DNA of 64,000 nucleotides from Balanoglossus misakiensis (lineage: Eukaryota > Animalia > Hemichordata). Below the pieces are notes generated by a model that saw only the letters and a program-made list of their open reading frames with translations, had not been told where the DNA came from and did not search any database. The stretch lies in NCBI GenBank assembly GCA_040954595.2, contig CM082581.2:496001-560000 (forward strand), in the 5' to 3' direction. The translations under genes and the position numbers were made by a program. Positions 26,234 through 37,866 of the stretch are shown one piece after another (within the stretch, counting starts at the first letter, position 1; each line of letters starts with the position of its first letter).

Positions 26234-26542
26234 TATCGGAGATGCTAAAAACTCTGACCATGAGTCATTTTGAGGATCACAGCTCGGATGCTTTGAGCCA
26301 ATCAGAGCTGAGTATTTTAGCCCAATCAGAGGCCTAGTTAATCACCCAATGACATATCTTTCCCCGCCAAAACAAAATTTGCTACTTTTTGACTGGCGTT
26401 TTGTGCTTGTGTAATCACTTCTTGAGTGACCTTCAATAAAAGCTGTTTAAAGGTTGTACAGCTGCGTCCCGCTCCTGTAATTTCCCCTGCCATCCCCCAG
26501 AACCTTGTTCATAAATCCACCCCAGACGTAAAGTACGTCACA
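26234..26542 (+). repeat. 5' LTR of BEL element (309 bp, TA...CA)
   Basis: Differs from the 3' LTR by about one substitution and one 1-bp indel, by eye. Contains CCAAT boxes and AATAAA. Confidence 0.95.
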
Positions 26543-26546
26543 TTTT

Positions 26547-26564
26547 TGGTGCCGAGACCAGGAT
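26547..26564 (+). promoter_or_regulatory. Primer-binding site, tRNA-His-like (TGGTGCCGAGACCAGGAT)
   Basis: Immediately after the LTR. Resembles the complement of the tRNA-His 3' end (TGGTGCCGTGACTCGGAT). Confidence 0.8.
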
Positions 26565-26573
26565 TTACCGGTA

Positions 26574-28623
26574 ATGATGGCAGAACCAGAGGAACAGGAG
26601 CACCCAGCACCCGCTCAGGCGGTCCCAGGAGCAAACTCGCTCAACAGGCTGAAAGGTACACGAAGGGGTCACCGTGGATCCATGACAAGACTTCTCAACA
26701 AAGCAGAGGATATCATCTCATCATTTGAAGAGAACGATGACAAGATCGAAGCTCTCGATACCCTCATCACCACGCGCGAACTGATAAACGCGAAATACGA
26801 CATTCTCGCATCCCTAGACTTGAAGATCATCGAATCCGTTGACGAAGGCGACCTCGAAGGCGTGATCGAGGAAACCGACGACTACTTGCATCAAGTTTTC
26901 GATAGAAAGCTCAAGATCGGCCGATTCATCGACAGAAATTCGCGAGCGACATCGCCCGACCGATCTTCCCACGAAGAAATCACTTCCGCGGCACCCTCCA
27001 CTCAAAGGAAAACTACAAGTTTGCCGAAACTTCAGCTACCCGTCTTTTCGGGTGACATTCTCAAATGGGTCAGTTTCCACGACGCGTTCAAATCCGCTGT
27101 CCACGACGACAAGAATCTGGGTGACGTCCAGAAATTCCAATACTTACGCGCGCAGCTTCAAGGCGAAGCCGCTCGATCGATCGAAGGTCTGTCATTGACA
27201 AGTTCGAACTACGCACACGCGCTTCAACTTCTCACCGAACGTTATGGCAAAACACACAAGATTATAAGCGCCTACATGAAATCGCTGTGGGACATGCCGA
27301 GTCCAGAAGGCGAACTCAGCAGTCTGCGAAACTTCTACGACACTCTAGAGAGTAATATTCGCGGTCTCCAATCTCTCGGTAAAAACGAAGACGCGTACGG
27401 AGATCTACTCGTACCCATAGTCTTGGAAAAACTTCCCGGTAACACTCGCAAACAAATCGCACGAGAACACGGTAATAATGAATGGAAACTCGGCGACCTA
27501 CGAAAGGCAATTCTCAAAGAAATCGACGCTCTTCAAGCTGGCCTCTCCACCGCTGAATCCGACAGCGATTCTACATACGACGAATGCAAGCCGTCGATGA
27601 CCGCCGCGTTTCACACTAGATCCGCAACCCGTTTCGCAAGGGTCAATAAACCGAAATCGTGTGCGTTTTGCAAAGGGCAACATTTTGCCAATGAATGCAC
27701 AACCATTACCGATAAGAAGAAACGTCTTGACATTGTCAAACGCGACAAACTCTGTTTTAACTGCCTCGGCAGGCATCGAGTACACGATTGTAGATCGAGA
27801 TTCAGTTGCCGTTCATGCAACAGAAAGCATCATACCTCGCTTCATACTGATCGAGCTTCAGACAGTTCGAAAACCCCGACGGAAGACGCGCGCACTCCTT
27901 CCGCTACACACGTTCAGTTCGCCCGTACTGAGAACTCGAGTCGCGAGAAAGCGAGAAACGGACCAATTCTCCTGAAAACCGCGGTCGTTCCAGTCTCTAC
28001 GAAATTTCAAACGACAATTGACGCCACAGTGTTATTCGACGAAGGCGCGACGCGTTCATTCGTGACCCAAGATTTCGCGACAAGACTCGGTTTAGAACCG
28101 ACCGGTACCGAGGTCATTAGACTGACTTCCTTCGGTGACAAATATCCGCGACAAAGATCGATCAATGCAGCGACCATTGCATTGCACACGCTTTCCGGCG
28201 AAAAGAAAGAGATAAACGTTCTCATCATTCCGCAGATTTCGACGCGAATGAAAAACTTTGTCAAGCAACCAGTTGCTGACTTGCCTCATCTACGCGGACT
28301 AAACTTTGCTTACCCGGTATCGAACACCGATTCGTTCGAGATTTCCGTGTTGATAGGCGCGGACTACTACTGGGATTTTGTCGAAGATCGAGTTATTCGT
28401 GGCCCAGGCCCAACCGCTGTACGCTCGAAATTCGGTTACCTACTGTCCGGTCCCGTTCACAAGACAAAATCGTCCGATAGCGATGCTACGATTTTTCATG
28501 TTCTCTCAAACACGCACGACGAAGAGATTCAACTCCAAAATTATTGGAACCTCGAGACAATCGGTATTCAAGACGATTCGCAATCTGCTGCTATGGATAA
28601 CAATACTATTGAAGATTACAGAG
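26574..28623 (+). pseudogene. BEL polyprotein 5' part: gag with three Zn knuckles and aspartic protease
   Basis: LPKLQLPVFSGDILKWVSF gag motif; CAFC..H..C, CFNC..H..C and CRSC..HH knuckles; LFDEGATRSF protease. Interrupted at 28624 by the TIR element. Confidence 0.92.
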
Positions 28624-29149
28624 AACAGTATAGAAAACATTTTCCAATTTCCGAAAAACCTCTTTTTTACATAATTACTGCTGAAAAAGTTAGAAATTTA
28701 TGAAAATATTCCTTATTCTTTGCCAATTTCTAATGAAAAAATTACATAAAGGTATTCTTAGTCTCTTTCCTGCAGCTGTACAGCAGGAAAAATGCATTTT
28801 GTCATATTTTGGCTTTAAACTCAAATTAAAATTTATCTGTGAAAAAACTGAGTCTCCTTCAAAGCCACGTACATGACAGTCCTTTTGATTTTTTTCTAAT
28901 GAAATTTTGTCTCCATGTTTATCATGAGTAATATTTTTATTGAAAATTTGCAAGTGTGTGAATTGTTTGTAAAATTTCGCCAGAAAAAACAATAGCATCA
29001 AAAAGTAAATCTGAAACCCAATATTTATTACAAGAATTGTTAGATTAATATCCGTATCACACAAATCCGTTGGATTTCGTATGAATTTTAGGAAATAAGC
29101 ACTGCTAATTGACAAATCCATATTTTGCAGCTGAAATACTTGGAAAAGA

Positions 29150-29612
29150 GTCAGTGGCATGTGAGAGCTTGGAAATTTCCAAGCACTGACAAGGGTCAGT
29201 GGTCGTAAATTTCCAGACACTCAGGGAATGTGAGAGCCTGGAAATTTCCAAGCACTGACAAGGGTCAGTGGTCGGAAATTTCCAGACACTCAGGGAATGT
29301 GAGAGCTTAGAAATTTCCAAGCACTGACAAGGGTCAGTGGTCGGAAATTTCCAGACACTCAGGGAATGTGAGAGCCTGGAAATTTCCAAGCACTGACAAG
29401 GGTCAGTGGTCGGAAATTTCCAGACACTCAGGGAATGTGAGAGCTTAGAAATTTCCAAGCACTGACAAGGGTCAGTGGTCGGAAATTTCCGGACACTCAG
29501 GGAATGTGAGAGCCTGGAAATTTCCAAGCACTGACAAGGGTCAGTGGTCGGAAATTTCCAGACACTCAGGGAATGTGAGAGCCTTGATATCTCCAAGCAC
29601 TGACAGGGTCAT
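29150..29612 (-). repeat. 69-bp tandem array (~6.5 copies), left arm of TIR element
   Basis: Unit tgagagcctggaaatttccaagcactgacaagggtcagtggtcggaaatttccagacactcagggaatg. Confidence 0.95.
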
Positions 29613-29677
29613 GGTAGTCCCCCGTACAGGTCTGCGTTCTCCCGGCGTTTAATACATGGCTTCCACCACATCTCTGC

Positions 29678-30070
29678 AAGGCTCCATGGACAAAACTGAT
29701 TCGTCTGAGATCCGGATCCGGACAGCAGCTTTTCGGCCGAGATTCGATTTTATCGGGGGGAATCTTCCCCCCGTCTACCCACAAATGACTCCAAATATGA
29801 TGTAATTAACTTCTGAGCCGCTCGCTTTCTGATTTTCTCTTGTGTTTACCTGTTGAGATCGCCATATTGAATACGGTGAGGTTATCTCAATGGGTAAACA
29901 CAAAAGTTTCAGAAAGCGAGCGGTTCGGATGTTAGAAGAAGTCAATCGTGGAGTCGGTTATAACCGGTTAGTAGACAGGGAAAGGATATTCTCCCGATAA
30001 AATCGAATTTCGGCGAAAAGCTCTGGTACGGATCTGGACCGCAGACGCAACAGGTTTGTCTAAGGAGCCT
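29678..30070. repeat. Long imperfect palindrome (~390 bp), centre ~29870
   Basis: Paired arms: ctcgctttctga/tcagaaagcgag; tgtgtttacctgttgagat/atctcaatgggtaaacaca; attcgattttatcggg/cccgataaaatcgaat; agcttttcg/cgaaaagct; aggctcc/ggagcct. Confidence 0.85.
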
Positions 30071-30129
30071 TAGCGTCACAATGTTCATGACAGGCTTCGC
30101 CTACCAACTCCTCTGAGTTAGCCCATACA

Positions 30130-30491
30130 CTAGTTGTTTATTGGGAATTGGTATTGTTTATCTGAGACAATTGTTCTTTCTACTCTGTATACAAAGTCAC
30201 AACTTCACAACTACCAAATGCTATTGTTCTTGAATTATGCAGTGTTACCAAATGTCACAGTTCAAACCACTGTTTATAAAGAAGTATTGGCCATCCCGCC
30301 CCTCTCTCTTCATTCCGAACCTATTCCCAAGTGTACGCGGTACATTTGTTGGTGCCGAGACCAGGATGTCGGGCATGGAGAGAGAGAGAAGAGGCCACCG
30401 CAGTCAAATGACCAATCTCATCCGTAGGGTTGAAGATATAAACACAGGCGAAGTTCCTCAACAGATCGTTTTCCTAAAGGCCATAATTTGA
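30130..30491 (+). mobile_element. Fragment of a second BEL-family element (LTR end, PBS, gag start) inside the TIR element
   Basis: '...ggtaca tttgt TGGTGCCGAGACCAGGAT' has a PBS identical to the host BEL's. It is followed by MSGMERERRGHRSQMTNLIRRVEDI, similar to host gag LKGTRRGHRGSMTRLLNKAEDI. The left boundary is approximate. Confidence 0.8.
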
Positions 30492-30511
30492 AACATGATA
30501 GAGAAACTCAA

Positions 30512-30875
30512 GATTTCCAAGCACTGACCCTGTCAATGCTTGGAAATTTCCAGGCTCTCACATTCCCCGAGTGTCTGGATATTTCCGGCCACTAACCCTG
30601 TCAGTGCTTGGAAATTTCTAGACTCCCACATTCCCTGAGTGTCTGGAAATTTCCGACCACTGACCCTTGTCAGTGCTTGGAAATTTCTAAGCTCTCACAT
30701 TCCCTGAGTGTCTGGAAATTTCCGACCACTGACCCTTGTCAGTGCTTGGAAATTTCCAGGCTCTCACATTCCCCGAGTGTCTGGAAATTTCCGACCACTG
30801 ACCCTTGTCAGTGCTTGGAAATTTCTAAGCTCTCACATTCCCTGAGTGTCTGGAAATTTCCGACCACTGACCCTT
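30512..30875 (+). repeat. 69-bp tandem array (~5 copies), right arm, inverted relative to the left array
   Basis: Reverse complement of the 29150-29612 unit. Confidence 0.95.
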
Positions 30876-31170
30876 CTGGAGTGACTAGCAATTTTTGCAA
30901 ATTGTACTATTAATTGAATTCATAATTTAATAATTAGTTTTTTTCAATGAAATATTCAAATCCATACAACCCAAAGATGGCTCCTTCATTATTTCTATGG
31001 AAATTTCACAGTTTATTCTTTTCTTTCTGCACACTCGCAAACATCTTGAAAATAATCATAGAAAAATATCGAAATATATTGTACTGTGAACAAAACACTA
31101 ATTTCCTTGAAAAAAGTTTAAAAAACGGCTACTTTTCGGAAATTGGAAAATGTTTTCTATACTGTTAGAG

Positions 31171-34100
31171 ACACACATTTGCGCATCGAAAATGGCACAT
31201 ATATCGCGAAGTTGCCATGGAAGTCCAACCACCCGCCACTACCCGTTAACTACGGGGTCACTGATAATCGCACGCGTTCTATGGTGCGTAGGCTTTCACC
31301 GGACATTCTGAAAGCGTATGACAAAATCATTTCTGATCAGGAATCGCGAGATTTCATCGAAGAAGTACCAGGCGACATGGACACGCGCCGCACCGGTCAC
31401 TACTTGCCCCATCGCCCCGTGAAAAAAGATTCAGCCACTACGCCAATCAGAATCGTGTATGATTGTAGTTGCAGGCAATCTACCGACCACCGAGTTTGAA
31501 TGACTGTTTGCAAACCGGCCCGCCTCTGCTCAACGACCTCACACAAATTCTACTTCGGTTTCGCGCAAACCGCTTTGCCTTTACGAGTGACATAGAAAAG
31601 GCTTTTTTTCTGCATGTTCGACTTGACGAAAGCGATCGTCAATTCACGAAGTTTTTGTGGTTGTCTGATCCGACAGACCCGGAAAGCGACTTCAAAACAT
31701 ATCGCTTCAAGGTGGTTCTATTCGGCGCAGTTTGCTCGCCATTCATTTTAAACGCAGTCGTGAAAACCCATCTCGAGTCCGCTCAATCCACGCCAACTTC
31801 CATCGATCTCAAAAATAATATCTACGTTGACAACATACTCAGCGGAGCTGACAGCCCGAGCGAAGCAGTTGACTACTACAGAGAGTCAAACCGTCTGTTA
31901 GAATCTTGCGGATTCAATCTACGAAGTTGGTCGAGTAACTGTGAAGATGTTCGCGCACTTGCTGCAAAGGATGATAAACTCGAACGCGCTACTGACGTGA
32001 ACACACTAGGACTTCGCTGGTTAACCGAAACCGACGAACTCGCCTACGCGAAGAAGAATCTCCAAATACCGGACAATCTCACTACGAAACGTGAAGTGGT
32101 TCGAACCACTGCCAGCTTATACGACCCTCTGGGGTATCTTTCGCCAGTTCTCATTAAGGCGAAACTGTTTATACAGCAACTGTGGATAAAAGGTCTCGCC
32201 TGGGACGAACCGCTAGAAAACGAACTCAATAAACAGTGGACAGACATCGCAAGAGAAATACGCGAAACGACCACGTTGAAACTCAATCGCCGATATTTTG
32301 ACAACTCGCCTGTCAATCAAAACTATGAGCTCCACGTGTTCGCCGACTCGAGCATGAAGGCCTATGGAGCCGTCGCCTACTTACGACATGCCAATCAAAC
32401 CGCGCTTGTCATGGCAAAGAATCGCGTGGCACCTCTCAGAGAGTTCACTCTCCCGCGCCTCGAACTGATGGCCGCCTTGATCGGTGCAAGGCCGTTGCAA
32501 TTCGTCTCAAACTCCCTACAAGGCAAAATTCGCATCACAGAGAAAATTCTGTGGTCTGATAGTCAAATAGTCCTACATTGGTTAAACAGCGACAAGAAAC
32601 TTCCGATCTTCGTTGCCAATCGTGTAAGAGAAATAAACGCGATTTCCTGCACCGCGAAATACTGTCCCACGGGGGACAATCCGGCAGATTTGCTGACCCG
32701 CGGGATTTCTATCGCTGATCTACGTGAGTCTGGCCTTTGGTGGAACGGCCCACCTTGGCTGAAACAAGGCGACTGGCCTATAAGCGAAGTGTTCGACAGC
32801 GCGATTCACCACGCACCGGTATCGACGGTGAATGAATCGGAACTTCTCCCCGCGAGTAACCCCCTCGAGACGAGACTTCAAGATGAAAAACTCGCGGACT
32901 GTTTGACCGCTAAACCCCAGACTACCGGAATACAACAAGTGATTGACGCGAATCGGTTCAGCACGTTGAACAAACTTCTCCGTGTCACCGCACAAGTGCT
33001 AAGATTCGTTTCGAACATAAAACGGAACAGCACTCGGAAATTCGGTCCCCTCACAGCTGAGGAAATACAACATGCCGAAAACACATGGATCAAGGACACC
33101 CAAAAACAGACTTTCGGCGAAACAGGACAACGAGCCGCTCTGACGAAGCCGCTGAAACTTTTCACTGATGACAGAGACATCACAAGATGTGATAGCAGAC
33201 TACATAACGCGCCAATTGGCTTCGACGCCAAATTCCCAATTCTGCTACCGCGAAACCATCGATTCACGGAACTCGTCATTCGCGACGCGCATTCGCGTTT
33301 ACTTCACGCCGGAGTACAATCGACTGTAGCTCATTTACGGCAGAAATTCTGGATACCGAGAATACGCCGTACCGTGAGAGCTCTACTGAGTAAGTGTGTC
33401 ACATGCCGCAAAATCAACGGGCACGCCTACAGCTACCCAAGACAAGCACCGCTACAAGCAGATCGTGTGAAAACAGCCCCGCCTTTCAACGTAACCGGAG
33501 TTGACTTCACCGGAGCGTTGTACATCAAATCGCCCAAACCTGTACGAGAGAAAAAGGTGTATGTCTGCCTGTTCACTTGCGCTGTTACACGCGCCGTGCA
33601 TTTGGAACTTGTTGACGACTTGTCCGCGAATAGCTTTCTACAAGCATTCCGCCGTTTCGCTGCAAGACGCTCGCTACCGAGCAAAATGATATCAGATAAC
33701 GCGTCTAACTTCGTGTCCGCGGCCGCCGAACTACGCCGTTTATTCGACGCGCCCGAAGTGAAGGCTCATCTCGCCAACAGACGATGCCAGTGGAACTTCA
33801 TCCCGAAACGAGCCCCTTGGTTCGGGGGATTTTGGGAACGGCTAATCGGAATAACTAAGACCGCAATAAAGAAGGTCTTAGGACGCGCCTACGTGACATT
33901 CAATGAACTGTATACCTTGCTGACCGAAGTTGAGGCCGTAATAAACGACCGACCGATCACATATGTTTCTTCGGATGCTGAAGACGCCGTGCCGTTGACG
34001 CCCGCTCATTTATTACACGGACGCCCCTTGACAACGGTACCTTATCTCACCGTCGAAGACGATGAACTCACCGACCCGACCTACGGTAACCATAGCGATC

Positions 34101-34420
34101 TAAACAAGCGCTACACTCTGATGGCTACGCTCCAGACGCGATTTTGGCGACGATGGGTATCGGAATATTTGCCCGCGCTACGTGAAAACCACTCGCCAAT
34201 AGGGAGTCCCGGCAACAAGATACAGGTTGGGGACGTGGTCCTTGTACATGAAGACATCAAACGACGCCTGGAATGGACTTTGGCTACGGTGGAACGATTG
34301 AACTACGGACGCGACAACCTAGTCCGATCAGCGGAAATCAGAACCGCCAAGGGACACACCACAAGGCCAGTGAGCAAACTCTTCCCGCTGGAAGTGAACT
34401 CGCGCTCCGTATCGACATGA
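31171..34420 (+). pseudogene. BEL polyprotein 3' part: RT, RNase H, integrase (frameshift ~31490)
   Basis: HYLPHRPV..IRIVYD, then a shift into PSLNDCLQTGP; SDIEKAF; YVDN; LHVFADSSMKAYG; H-x4-H..CxxC; VDFTG..SDNA..GGFWER. Confidence 0.93.
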
Positions 34421-34551
34421 AGTGGACATTGACATTGTCTGTGTTTCAATGACAATCGAACAATGGACAATCTGATTTTTCTAGTTTGCATGTATTTCAG
34501 GATTTTCTAGTTTATTCTTGATTTCTTGTTCACTTTTGCGGCCCGGGAGAA

Positions 34552-34859
34552 TATCGGAGATGCTAAAAACTCTGACCATGAGTCATTTTGAGGATCACAG
34601 CTCGGATGCTTTGAGCCAATCAGAGCTGAGTATTTTAGCCCAATCAGAGGCCTAGTTAATCACCCAATGACATATCTTTCCCCGCCAAAACAAAATTTGC
34701 TACTTTTTGGCTGGCGTTTTGTGCTGTGTAATCACTTCTTGAGTGACCTTCAATAAAAGCTGTTTAAAGGTTGTACAGCTGCGTCCCGCTCCTGTAATTT
34801 CCCCTGCCATCCCCCAGAACCTTGTTCATAAATCCACCCCAGACGTAAAGTACGTCACA
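34552..34859 (+). repeat. 3' LTR of BEL element (308 bp)
   Basis: Direct repeat of 26234-26542, preceded by the PPT-like gcggcccgggagaa. Confidence 0.95.
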
Positions 34860-37800
34860 AAAATAGCCATTTTGGCCATATTTTGACAAAATGGTACATT
34901 TGTAAAAAATCATAAAAAATAAACTCTTTTCTTCATTTTCGGAAATATTATGGAGCATGAAGTGTCGTTCTCTTGTAAAAAGTGCTGCAAATTCCAGAAA
35001 AGGCGGTATAATTTGAATCACCCAAGACAAAATTACCATTTTCGACATTTTTTCGAAAAATTGTCTTTTTTACAAAATAAATAAGAATAAATTCTTTTCT
35101 TAGTTTCAAACGGGTAGAGATACTTTCTACACGGGTTTTCTAACATTGAATTCCCGTTCATCAACTCAGATTTCCTACAGCATAAGTCGGCTAAAACCCT
35201 GACACTCTAGAGCAGAAACAGTTGCACACTGGTAACGTTGAACAAGTCGATTTTTCTACGGCCTGGCTCGGCTAAATCTCCGTCACAATATGACAGACAC
35301 TAGCGTACGTTAGCAACGGTGATCAAGTCAGATTTTCTACGGCATGGCTTGGATAAAGCCCCGGCACTCTAGAGCAGAAACACGCGTACAGAGACCACAT
35401 TGATCAAGTCTGATCTCCTACGGCTTGGCTCGACTAAAACCCCGGCACACTATGACAGACACTAGCGTTCGTTAGCAACGGTGATCAAGTCAGATTTTCT
35501 ACGGCATGGCTTGGCTAAAGCCCCGGCACTCTAGAGCAGAAACACGCGTACAGAGACCACGTTGATCAAGTCTGATCTCCTACGGCTTGGCTCGACTAAA
35601 ACCCCGGCACACTATGACAGACACTAGCGTTCGTTAGCAACGTTGATCAAGTCGGGTTTCCTACGGCCTGGCTCAGCTGAAGCCCCGGCACTCTAGAGCA
35701 GAAACAGGCGTACATTGATCACGTTGATCAAATCAGATTTCCTACGGCGTGACTCGGCTGGTGCACCGGCTCTATATGACACGGACTGGCGTAAGTTATC
35801 AACGGTGATTACGTCGGATTTCCTACGGCCTGGTTTAGCTGAAGCCCCGGCACTTTAGATCGGAAACACGCGTACATTGACCACGATGATCAAGTCAGAT
35901 CTCCTACGGCCTGGCTCGACTAAAACCCCGGCACACCATGACAGACACTAGCGTTCGTTAGCAACGGTGATCAAGTTGGATTTCCTTCGGCCTGGCTCTG
36001 CAAAAGACCCGACACATTAGTACAAAGACGTTGGCTAAGTCGGGCAAACCGAAGAGGGAAAGTCACAGCGGGTCAACACTCGACATTTGTTCTGGTAGGA
36101 CTGCATTATTGCCTGTCAATTTATAGATAAAGCCCGAATTTAACCAGGGCGTTTCAAACACCGACGTTAGTTGGGGGCACGGCCTGCAGTACTGCCGGGT
36201 AAGCTGACATCGGCGTACCGCATATAATGTAGGGGGGGGGGGAAACAGAACGGTTCAATACTACATTTATTAGATATCAGCTAATTTTGGACAATCATCT
36301 AAAATCTAAATCATTTTTTCATATTTGGATATCTGATGATGTATGACATTTCCATTATATGTAGAAATGGTGCTGATTATAAAAAATGCAATCTTAATGA
36401 GCTGATTTAATACAAAATTGCGTTTTATTCGTTTTTGCACCAAAAAGGTCATTTTTAGGCAAAACATTCTTTATTTTTTTAATTCGGTGACCTGATCATA
36501 TATAAACAATTGCTTGTATGTTAAAAGTTTTTATGACTTTTAAAAGCAGTGACACTGGCGGCATTCAACACGAAAATAACAATTTTAGCCACACTTTGGT
36601 CAAAATGGTAAATTTTTGAAAATTACAAAAAATACCTGTTTTCTACATTTTCGGAAATCTGATGGAGTATAGAATGCTCTTCGTATGTATATATCGATAC
36701 AAATTCCACAAAAGACCGTCTAATTTGGCTCACTGCAGACAAAATTGCGTTTTACCAAATTTTCCTTGAAAATGTCATTTTTAGAAAAAAAAATAAAAAA
36801 ACCTTTGTTCTTCGAATTTGGTGTCCTGATCATATATGACATGTTGATTGTATGTTAAAACTTTCGACCAGTCCAAAAATGCAGAGATATTGACGGAATT
36901 CAAGAAAAAATAGCCATTTTGGCCATATTTTGACAAAATGGTACATTTGTAAAAAATCATAAAAAATAAACTCTTTTCTTCATTTTCGGAAATATTATGG
37001 AGCATGAAGTGTCGTTCTCTTGTAAAAAGTGCTGCAAATTCCAGAAAAGGCGGTATAATTTGAATCACCCAAGACAAAATTACCATTTTCGACTTTTTTT
37101 CGAAAAATTGTCTTTTTTACAAAATAAATAAGAATAAATTCTTTTCTTAGTTTCAAACGGGTAGAGATACTTTCCACACGGGTTTTCTAACATTGAATTC
37201 GCGTTCATCAACTCAGATTTCCTACAGCATAAGTGGGCTAAAACCCTGACACTCTAGAGCAGAAACAGTTGCACATTGGTAACGTTGAACAAGTCGATTT
37301 TTCTACGGCCTGGCTCGGCTAAATCTCCGTCACAATATGACAGACACTAGCGTACGTTAGCAACGGTGATCAAGTCAGATTTTCTACGGCATGGCTTGGC
37401 TAAAGCCCTGGCAGTCTAGAGCAGAAACACGCGTACAGAGACCACGTTGATCAAGTCTGATCTCCTACGGCTTGGCTCGACTAAAATCCCGGCACACTAT
37501 GACAGACACTAGCGTTCGTTAGCAACGTTGATCAAGTCAGATTTCCTACGGCCTGGTTTAGCTGAAGCCCCGGCACTTTAGAGCGGAAACACGCGTACAT
37601 TGACCACGATGATCAAGTCAGATCTCCTACGGCCTGGCTCGACTAAAACCCCGGCACACCATGACAGACACTAGCGTTCGTTAGCAACGGTGATCAAGTC
37701 GGATTTCCTTCGGCCTGGCTCTGCAAAAGACCCGACACTCTAGTACAAAGACGTTGGCTAAGTCGGGCAAACCGAAGAGGGAAAGTCACAGCGGGTCAAC

Positions 37801-37866
37801 ACTCGACATTTGTTCGGGTAGGACTGCATTATTGCCTGTCAATTTATAGAGAAAGCCCGAATTTAA
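34860..37866. repeat. Macrosatellite array, segment 4
   Basis: The unit continues exactly from the BEL target site. Confidence 0.95.

Larger units (their letters stand above)
28624..31166. mobile_element. Non-autonomous TIR DNA element (2543 bp) nested in the BEL ORF
   Basis: ~34-bp perfect TIR aacagtatagaaaacattttccaatttccgaaaa / ttttcggaaattggaaaatgttttctatactgtt. 4-bp TSD AGAG (28620-28623 / 31167-31170). Removing the element plus one TSD restores ...EDYRDTHLR... in the BEL frame. Confidence 0.92.
26234..34859 (+). mobile_element. BEL/Pao LTR retrotransposon, full length, disrupted
   Basis: LTRs at 26234-26542 and 34552-34859. 5-bp TSD AAAAT (26229-26233 / 34860-34864). tRNA-His-type PBS. 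Domain order gag-PR-RT-RH-IN. Confidence 0.95.

Noticed and set aside
28630-28657. TIR words TAGAAAAC and TTTCCGAAAA also present in the satellite AT block
   Set aside because: The order is swapped and the words are short and AT-rich, which is insufficient to claim a common origin.
29105-29596. 163-aa ORF (and 30608-30913) with 23-aa Cys-containing repeats
   Set aside because: Translation of the 69-bp DNA array. It has a TTG start and its sequence is dominated by DNA palindromes, with no evidence of coding constraint.
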